A stretch of 62,327 nucleotides of DNA, the filler included. It is 20 parts of 20 records of this genome, joined end to end, with 100 filler letters (N's around TTAATTAATTAA, not from the genome) between each part and the next. Parts side by side here need not be neighbours in the genome. Positions count along the whole stretch, not along the records: positions 48,668 to 57,038 come from SRR36015646_38793; positions 57,139 to 59,749 come from SRR36015646_38908; positions 59,850 to 62,327 come from SRR36015646_39322; 17 more parts are not named here. The stretch is one strand, 5' to 3'. Under the pieces are notes generated by a model. That model saw only the letters and a list, made by a program, of their open reading frames with translations, searched no databases and had not been told where the DNA came from. Shown here in pieces: positions 55,083-62,327 of this stretch. Made by a program: the position numbers and the translations under genes. Every line of letters starts with the position of its first letter. Position 1 is the first letter of the stretch.

Positions 55083-56536
55083 CCGGCTGAGCCTGTTTTA
55101 TCTCCATCTTTCCCTTCAATGGCGAATAACTTTGGTACTTGCCCAACATTTAGTTCGGACGTTCTTGGTACCAATTGATAATATTGGTTCAGATCAACAT
55201 AATTAGCAGGGTCCATGTCATAGCATTCTTGGGGCGCCATTTCAGTATAGACCCCATTTACCACTTGATATTGGGGCCTCCACTGCTGCATAGGACGAGG
55301 TGTGAAACCTCTTGGTCTGTTGAAATAGCCTTGATTAGGCACAAAACTATTTCCAGGTGTCCAATTGTTGTTGAAACCTCGAGGCACTACATAGTTGGGG
55401 CCGTTCGGGATAGGTGAATAGTTTACACCCCTAGATCCATTATTCTGAAATTGAAATGGATTTCTAAAATTTCCAGGATTATATGATGATCGATTACCAT
55501 TCTGACAAAATCTGGCTATATGTCCGAATTGAGAACAATTATAACATTGAATGTGGTCCCATCGTCTTTGACCATAATTACCATTTGGCATTCTCGGGTT
55601 GTTTGGAACAGTCGGACTATTTACAATGTTTTCCCCGTTTGAAATGGCTGTAGGGGCAAAACTTCCATTATTCTGGGCTTGGTCTGACCCAAAATGGGAA
55701 CCAGATGCTCCCGGATTCGTGTTTATGGCACAACTTACCATCCGATTGTATTCGGAGGCATCGTCAATTTTTTTTAATACAGTTGCGCTTAAATTGGCGA
55801 TCCTTTCGTCCAATTTATCTGTCAATATCATAAATTCAGATTTTGAAACGAACTGTTGATTCGTGTCCGAATCAATTTCGTCTTCAGTGAATTTCACGGA
55901 CATGGATTTATTGCCTAAGACACCCCTGGAAGTTGGTTTGGAATATAAACTTTCCAATACCGACTTGTTTAGCTTAACGCAATCTACTGCCGACTTAACA
56001 GATGTGCAGCCTGCAAGCATTACTCGCTCGCGCAAGTTTATTGGCATTCCTGACGTAAACCTGTCAAGAAGCATAGCTTCATATGCGTCCTTTTCTAATC
56101 CAGGGAAGGCAAGATCTAACTTTTCTTTGAGTTTATATAGAAACTCATCAACAGTATCTTTGGCCGTGTTGTATTCCAATGTATGGAATTCTTTAACATA
56201 AATGTGTTTGTTGCAAGAAGGAGTGAACCTTTCCCGTAACGCAGAAATTAGTGACTCATAGGATCCCTCCTTTTCATGATCGAGATATGCTTTGAAAGCA
56301 TCTCCCTTTAGAAACGCGGGCAAACGTGTTCTTTTTAACTCATTACTCCAGCCATTAATTTTGCAAATAGTATCATACCTCTTGCACCAGAGATCAAATT
56401 TCTCCGGTTCCCCCGAAAAAAAGTCGAATTTGTTTACCGCGAAATTCCCACCTTTCCCGGTATCTACTTTTTGTACATCCTCGTCTTTTGTCATCATTAA
56501 ATTCAAATGAGAAAATGGAAGGTGAGCTTCCTGCAT
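55073..56536 (-). CDS. gag: Gypsy Gag (capsid + one CCHC)
   Basis: FSGEPEKFDLW...Y...C..NGW..LPAFLKG.A; F.SG; CYNCSQFGHIARFC. Confidence 0.9.
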   Translation of the reverse strand: MQEAHLPFSHLNLMMTKDEDVQKVDTGKGGNFAVNKFDFFSGEPEKFDLWCKRYDTICKINGWSNELKRTRLPAFLKGDAFKAYLDHEKEGSYESLISALRERFTPSCNKHIYVKEFHTLEYNTAKDTVDEFLYKLKEKLDLAFPGLEKDAYEAMLLDRFTSGMPINLRERVMLAGCTSVKSAVDCVKLNKSVLESLYSKPTSRGVLGNKSMSVKFTEDEIDSDTNQQFVSKSEFMILTDKLDERIANLSATVLKKIDDASEYNRMVSCAINTNPGASGSHFGSDQAQNNGSFAPTAISNGENIVNSPTVPNNPRMPNGNYGQRRWDHIQCYNCSQFGHIARFCQNGNRSSYNPGNFRNPFQFQNNGSRGVNYSPIPNGPNYVVPRGFNNNWTPGNSFVPNQGYFNRPRGFTPRPMQQWRPQYQVVNGVYTEMAPQECYDMDPANYVDLNQYYQLVPRTSELNVGQVPKLFAIEGKDGDKTGSAGLN

Positions 56537-57138
56537 TGAGTGCTACTCATTGCAACAGTGTCTAAATTTTATTTAAATTTATTTACCTTAAGTCCCCAGG
56601 GAGATGAAAAATTTTACAAAATATGCCCCTCGTTTATTTTTAGAACTGCACCCCCGCAAGGTATGAATGACGAACGGCCATAGGCCACAAGGTAATGTCC
56701 CCATTTCTCCACATCATTTTTACACTTTACAATTTGCTATTATACCAATGTTTTCCCAAAAAAATTTAAAACCCGATATTTCCTTCCCGATAGCATTATA
56801 GTATAAGTCTTATTTTCCAAAAATAAATCCCTAAATTTTTGCCCCTTGTAATAGGTTTAACTTGTCATGAACATTCTCTCCACTCTACATTAAAATATAC
56901 AAGACGTGAGTAGGCCTACTCTGACAGAGTTAGTATACCAACAAGGATGTTAAAAGGTAGAGGTCTAACATCTACATCTTTCCCTCGCTCTTTCCATTTG
57001 TTCCAGCTCCTTTCATTCCCACTTCTTCATGACAGACTNNNNNNNNNNNNNNNNNNNNNNNNNNNNNNNNNNNNNNNNNNNNTTAATTAATTAANNNNNN
57101 NNNNNNNNNNNNNNNNNNNNNNNNNNNNNNNNNNNNNN

Positions 57139-59700
57139 TCTAACTTTTATAAAGAGCTGTACACATCTGCAGGAATAGACAAACAAAAAGCCAACTATAT
57201 TCTATCACACGTAGACAAGAGACTAACGAATGAACAGAGAAACTTCTGCGATAATGAGTTAACAATTAAGGAATTTGAAGTAGCGCTGAGAGACATGAAA
57301 AAGGGCAAAACGCCAGGTGATGATGGACTCGGTGTGGAATTCTACACTACATTTTGGCCCAAATTGAAACATAACTACGTCCGAGTGATTAACGAAATCT
57401 ACAATGATGGGACAATGACGGAGTCTATGAGAAATGCTCTAATCATCATGATTTTTAAAGAACTTGGATTTAGAGAAAGACTTAAATTCTGGAGACCGAT
57501 AAGTCTACTTAATATTGACTATAAAATACTGGCCAAAGTCATCGCTAATCGTTTTAGAGCAGTATTGAGTGACATTATAGGAGACACCCAAACTTGTGCC
57601 ATAAAAGGTAGGACAATTACGGACAACATATCTCTTATTCGTGATGCTCTATCATATGCCAACGAGAAAGACACTAACCTAGGGATTGTGTGCATCGATG
57701 AAGAAAAAGCGTTCGATCGTGTAGAGTGGGAGTTTCTGCAGATGTGCCTAGAACGTTTTAACTTCGGCCCTAAGATACAGAAATGGATAAGAATTCTATA
57801 CACAGGCATAACAAGCAGCGTCATTGTTAATGGATGGCAGAGTCCACGTTTCCACTTACACAGGGGGACAAGGCAAGGATGTCCCCTATCAATGTGTTTA
57901 TATGTGATAGCAACAGAACCTTTCATCCAAATGCTCACAAAAAGCCAAAACATGCCAGGTTTAAAAATAAACAACACCGACGTAAAAATTGTAGCACATG
58001 CCGACGATAAGACAGTCTTTATAACAGATACACAGCAAGTCGAGACACTAAATAAACTACTTAAAATTAATGAACAGGGAACCGGTGCAAAGATCAACAC
58101 TTCAAAATTCAAAGGCTTCTGGACTGGTAACTGGAGAAATCGGGTGGATCACGTCGGAAATTTTGAATGGTCGAACATCTCCGTAAAGGCTCTGGGCATA
58201 GTGTTTGACAACAAACACGACTACAAAAAGGCATGGATGGGTGCTTTCGAGAAATACAGAAATGTGTTGAAAACATGGAGTCGCCGCCATTTGTCATTAA
58301 ATGGAAGAACTGTAGTGGTAAATAGCCTGGCACTACCGATACTGATGTATCCAGCTAGTGCATTACCTCATGACGAGTCAGAGATACTGAAGCTACAAAC
58401 AGAGACATACAAATTTCTATGGTGTAAGAAACCGGATCTGATAAGCCGAAAAACGTTGTTAAACAGCAAAAACAATGGAGGCATCAATTTAGGTGACATC
58501 AAGACAAAGATGAACGCCATAAAGGTACAATTCGTGAAACGTTTTGCAACAACAAATGCTGTGTGGAAAAAAGTCGCAGACTACTACGTTAAGAAAGCTT
58601 GTGGAAAACTATTCCCAACAAACGAAAACACAGTAGGCCTACTTCAAAGCAACTACGTGCCACCCTTCTACGCACAAGTATTTCGTGCTATTGAAATGGC
58701 TGGTGGAAATGTCAATGGCGAGAACCTTGTTAAAATGGAAATACAGCAGCAATTACTATGGGGAAACAAACTTATTGCCAATAACGGTAAAACTATTCAC
58801 AGCCCAAAACTTCAGAATGCAGGCATCACGAAACTGAGTGACATATACGGAGATAATGGTTGGGTAACTGCTAGACAACTTGCCCTACAAGCTGGAATTC
58901 GACCAATAGACAGCGGAAGGCTATTGAATAACATCAAACGGGCAGTACCTGCACAATGGCTGAACAATAGACAAGCTGGACCAGCTAATACACCATTGAA
59001 CTCATTGTACTGTCACAGGTTGAAAACAAGAGAACATCATATCAGTAATATTACATCGAAGCGCTCATATGGTCATATAATACAGAGAGAAACGAAATCG
59101 CCAACATGTGAAGAGACGTGGGGGACAAAGCTCAATGAAAACATTGCTTGGGATGTCGTGTGGCGAATGTGCTGGCATGAAGCTTTGGACAATGATGATA
59201 AAAACTTATCCTTCAGTTTAAAACATAGAACACTGTTCTCCCTCAGCAGGTTGAGGCAGGCGAACATGGTACTGGATGACACGTGTATGTTCTGTCGCAG
59301 ACATCCTGAAACCCTGGAACATCTATTTGTGGACTGTGAAATAGCGAGTAATTTGTGGCAATATGCAGAACACATACTACAGAGGTACACGGGCAATCAA
59401 CATCTGGCCATCACTCGGAAACACAAACTCTTAATGTTCACTGACGCATTACAAAACACTGACACTGTTCTTACTGTAATCTCCAAAGTGACAAGAGCAA
59501 TCTGGAACTGCCGCAACAAGCTTGTAGTGTATGGTGGAGAAACAAGCATTGAACAGTTGCTGATTATATTCAAATTCCGATTAAAACAGAAGATAAAAAG
59601 TGACTTTGCAGGAAGGAATCGAGAGAAGTTCATGGCACTATGGTGTAGAAACAGAACATTTTGCAATCTAGAGCAACACAGGATAACTTTTACATTCTAA
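57139..59700 (+). CDS. L1/Tx1-type LINE ORF2 (RT + C-terminal CCHC), 5'-truncated
   Basis: KTPGDDG, WRPISLLN, DEEKAFDRV, RQGCPLS, HADD, GGINL, CMFC...ETLEHLFVDC. Confidence 0.94.
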   Translation, partial: SNFYKELYTSAGIDKQKANYILSHVDKRLTNEQRNFCDNELTIKEFEVALRDMKKGKTPGDDGLGVEFYTTFWPKLKHNYVRVINEIYNDGTMTESMRNALIIMIFKELGFRERLKFWRPISLLNIDYKILAKVIANRFRAVLSDIIGDTQTCAIKGRTITDNISLIRDALSYANEKDTNLGIVCIDEEKAFDRVEWEFLQMCLERFNFGPKIQKWIRILYTGITSSVIVNGWQSPRFHLHRGTRQGCPLSMCLYVIATEPFIQMLTKSQNMPGLKINNTDVKIVAHADDKTVFITDTQQVETLNKLLKINEQGTGAKINTSKFKGFWTGNWRNRVDHVGNFEWSNISVKALGIVFDNKHDYKKAWMGAFEKYRNVLKTWSRRHLSLNGRTVVVNSLALPILMYPASALPHDESEILKLQTETYKFLWCKKPDLISRKTLLNSKNNGGINLGDIKTKMNAIKVQFVKRFATTNAVWKKVADYYVKKACGKLFPTNENTVGLLQSNYVPPFYAQVFRAIEMAGGNVNGENLVKMEIQQQLLWGNKLIANNGKTIHSPKLQNAGITKLSDIYGDNGWVTARQLALQAGIRPIDSGRLLNNIKRAVPAQWLNNRQAGPANTPLNSLYCHRLKTREHHISNITSKRSYGHIIQRETKSPTCEETWGTKLNENIAWDVVWRMCWHEALDNDDKNLSFSLKHRTLFSLSRLRQANMVLDDTCMFCRRHPETLEHLFVDCEIASNLWQYAEHILQRYTGNQHLAITRKHKLLMFTDALQNTDTVLTVISKVTRAIWNCRNKLVVYGGETSIEQLLIIFKFRLKQKIKSDFAGRNREKFMALWCRNRTFCNLEQHRITFTF

Positions 59701-59849
59701 TGAAGATGCCAATGATTTGTATCAGTGCTGATTAGTATACCATGTGATTNNNNNNNNNNNNNNNNNNNNNNNNNNNNNNNNNNNNNNNNNNNNTTAATTA
59801 ATTAANNNNNNNNNNNNNNNNNNNNNNNNNNNNNNNNNNNNNNNNNNNN

Positions 59850-62254
59850 TCGATTTTAGGCTTTTGAGTATCATCACATATGTTTTTCTGACTTTCCTGA
59901 TTTTCATCTTCTGAGTTACTGTCGTAGTATGATTCCTGCCATGTGAATGTAGCATTCATATTTTCATCATAGTGCTCTCCCAATTTACCTTCATTAAATA
60001 CTACGTTGCGGTGTCTCTCAATTTTACCATCCACTAAGATCAGGTATGCCGGGCTTCTTTCATCATAACCAACGAATATTCCCCGCTGACCTCTAGGCTG
60101 AAGTTTCTTCCTGAAGCCACGAATTTTTGCGATGGCTTCACATCCGAAAACTCGCATGTGATTTAATCTTGGTGTTTTGTCGAAAAATAATTCATATGGT
60201 GTTTTACCACTTGGGAGTGAGCTTGAACAACACCTGTTTCTGATGTAGCAGGCAGTATCTACTGCTCTCACCCAATATGTGTTTGGTAATTTTGCCTCCG
60301 TTAGCATGCTTCTAGCAGATTCAAATGTGGTGCGGAAATATCTTTCCGCGACTCCATTCTGTTCCGGTGTATCTGGCACCGTGAATTCGTGTTTGATGTT
60401 GTTTTCTTGACAGAACTTATCGAATTTCATAGACGTGTATTCTCCTCCGTTATCCGTTCTGATGATTTCTATCATGCAGTCTGGTTTTCCAACATCACGT
60501 AAAAATCTCTGGAAACATGATAAAGCCTCGGATTTTTCTTTCACAAAGTATAATATCGCGTATCGAGAGTATGCATCAATAAAAGATATGACATATCGAC
60601 AGCCGCCAAGTGATTCAGTTTCCATAGGTCCTGCAACGTCGCTGTAGACTAGTTCAAGCTTCTTTGTTGCTATCCGTTCGGTTTTCTTGGATACGGGAAG
60701 TTTGGCAATTTTTGCCACTTGACACGAAGTGCAAAATGTTACTTCATTTTCCTTAATATTTGGCAATCCTCCAATTCTCTTGAATAATTTTCCTAGATCT
60801 CTGACATTTACATGGCCCATTCGTCTGTGCCATAGTGTTGCATTGTTACTTGTTGGAGTTTCTTCTGGATAACTGTGATCATGATTATTTACGAAGTACA
60901 AATCGTTTTGTTCTTCCAGCATGATTTTCCTGCCATTATCTGCTTGAAGGAATGAATTATTAGTGCCAAATTCAGCTTTCCAGTTTAACTGCTTCATTAG
61001 TTTGCTGAGCGATATCAGATTTCGTGCATATGTTGGTACATGAAATGTATCAATTAGCTTTATCCCTACATGTTCTCCGTCTGTATCTACTAGTTCAATT
61101 GAGGCTGTTCCCCTTCCTTCAATTTTGCAAGTGGAGTCATCAGGATTTCGTACACTGCCATTAACCACCGGTGTGTATGTTAGAAAATGTTTCTTATCAG
61201 TAAACATGTGATCTGTGCATCCGCAGTCTATAAGAAATACGTTTTCTTCTTCATGTCGTCCATTATTTTGTGTTACGGTGTGGAATGAAATGCCATGGTG
61301 TGTAGCAACTGTATTGCTTGTGTTGTATCTGCTATTCTGCTGTTTCTTCGCATAGCATTCTGTGACATCATGACCGTTCTTCTTACAGTGTGAGCAGAAT
61401 TTCTTTTGTCTGTTTTTGGAGTAACATTCTGTCGCGTCATGGCCACTCCTTTCACAATGTATACAGAATTTGTCCCCAAATTTAGATCTTCGTTGTTTCG
61501 AGCAATCTACGCTTTTGTGCCCCATTTCCTTGCAGTTGTAGCAATGGCCCTTAAATCGATATGCATTTGATGCTAGACTTAGGGTTTCAAGGGATAATTC
61601 CTTGGCTGCGTTTTGTTTGTGATTTTTGAAATCCTCGTAATTTAAGAGTGCATTACGGATTTCTTCAAATGATTTGTCATCATTAAAGTTTCGAGAGGTA
61701 ATGAAGTTATCATATTCCGATGGTAGCCCATTAAGTATGACATTTACTAATATGGACTCCGATATGGCTTCCCCACATTCTAGTAAGTTAACTTGAATTT
61801 CTTGTGCTCGTGTGATGTACTCACCAATGCTTTCAGCCTTTTCTAGCTTGATTTGCATCAAATCCGTCATGAGTGACATAGCCCTCGGCTTTTCTGATCC
61901 ACGGAAGCGATCATTTAACATTTTCCATGCCTTTGGTCCGTCACCACGACAATCATTTTTGAGGTACATTATCGACTGTCTGTCCAAGTGCATTACCATT
62001 TCGCACCAGATTTTATTTTTGTCGTCTTCCAGTTGTCTCCGATTCTCGTTGTATCGTTCAACCGCTGCATCGTATTCCTCTCGGGCTTGTGCGTTGGCTC
62101 TGTTTGGTAGGTTTTCCGGTCGTTCAGCAATTCTGTTGCCAAGAATGACATCGTGTAATTGTTTCGTTGTTATATATGCTAGGAATTTTTCTTTCCAATA
62201 CGAGAAGTCACTAGCTTTCCCGGAAAATACTAGGGTTTTGTTATACGTAGACAT
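59850..62254 (-). CDS. Ty1/Copia polyprotein (Gag, three CCHC, protease, GAG-pre-integrase, integrase), 3'-truncated before RT; Gag resembles GalEa-type
   Basis: FSGKASDFSYWKEKF; LNGLPSEY; IDCGCTDHM; NLIS; LWHRRMGH..CTSC; SDVAGP; RTDNGGEY; TPEQNGVAER; TPYE; RVFGC; FVGY. Confidence 0.94.
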
Positions 62255-62327
62255 TTTATGCTACAATTGGTTCAGATGTATTGCATATGGTTACCGTGAG
62301 TGTTTTATTTTAAACTATTACATTTTT

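Larger units (their letters stand above)
48668..57038 (-). mobile_element. Ty3/Gypsy retrotransposon, complete gag-pol internal region (LTRs not resolved)
   Basis: gag followed by PR-RT-RH-IN in Gypsy order. Confidence 0.95.

Noticed and set aside
2786-59849. Regularly recurring TTAATTAATTAA within N runs as a biological repeat or CRISPR-like array
   Set aside because: It is an artificial six-frame-stop linker. ORF-track proteins ending in X...LIN or X...N are artefacts of it.
453-61479. Numerous 60-200-aa antisense or nested ORFs in the track
   Set aside because: Shadows of the long TE ORFs or of in-frame repeats, with no motifs of their own.
62255-62327. Copia 5' LTR end and PBS
   Set aside because: AATAAA...CA is present on the minus strand but is followed by CGGTAACC, not a TGG-initiated tRNA-complementary PBS I can assign.

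Overview
This is not a contiguous locus. It is 20 unrelated fragments (about 2-8 kb each) joined by 19 identical artificial 100-nt spacers (44 N + TTAATTAATTAA + 44 N, which puts stops in all six frames). Every fragment is a piece of a eukaryotic transposable element with essentially uninterrupted ORFs, probably from an invertebrate animal. The set comprises 2 Penelope-like elements (PLEs), 4 Ty3/Gypsy, 5 BEL/Pao, 1 Ty1/Copia, 5 L1/Tx1-type LINE pieces and 3 hAT-superfamily DNA transposases. No prokaryotic genes, RNA genes or CRISPR arrays were seen. The most unusual architecture is a PLE (13973-16750) whose single ORF reads: signal peptide, short cationic Cys peptide, 2A-like StopGo motif (GGIERNPG/P), PLE N-terminal region, 4 x 29-aa repeat, catalytic-looking OTU protease, RT. 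Translational recoding signals can be read at almost every ORF junction. Two Gypsy gag/pol junctions have in-frame UGA readthrough contexts (UGA-CUAG plus a stem-loop; CAA-UGA-CGG). Two others have -1 frameshift heptamers with predicted pseudoknots (G GGA AAC; U UUA AAC). An HIV-type U UUU UUA heptamer links ORF1 to a PLE RT that has no C-terminal endonuclease. Two BEL/Pao fragments carry small extra zinc-finger ORFs 3' of integrase. One LINE 3' UTR has a long G-U-rich hairpin. All family calls come from motif recognition by eye; no database search was run.
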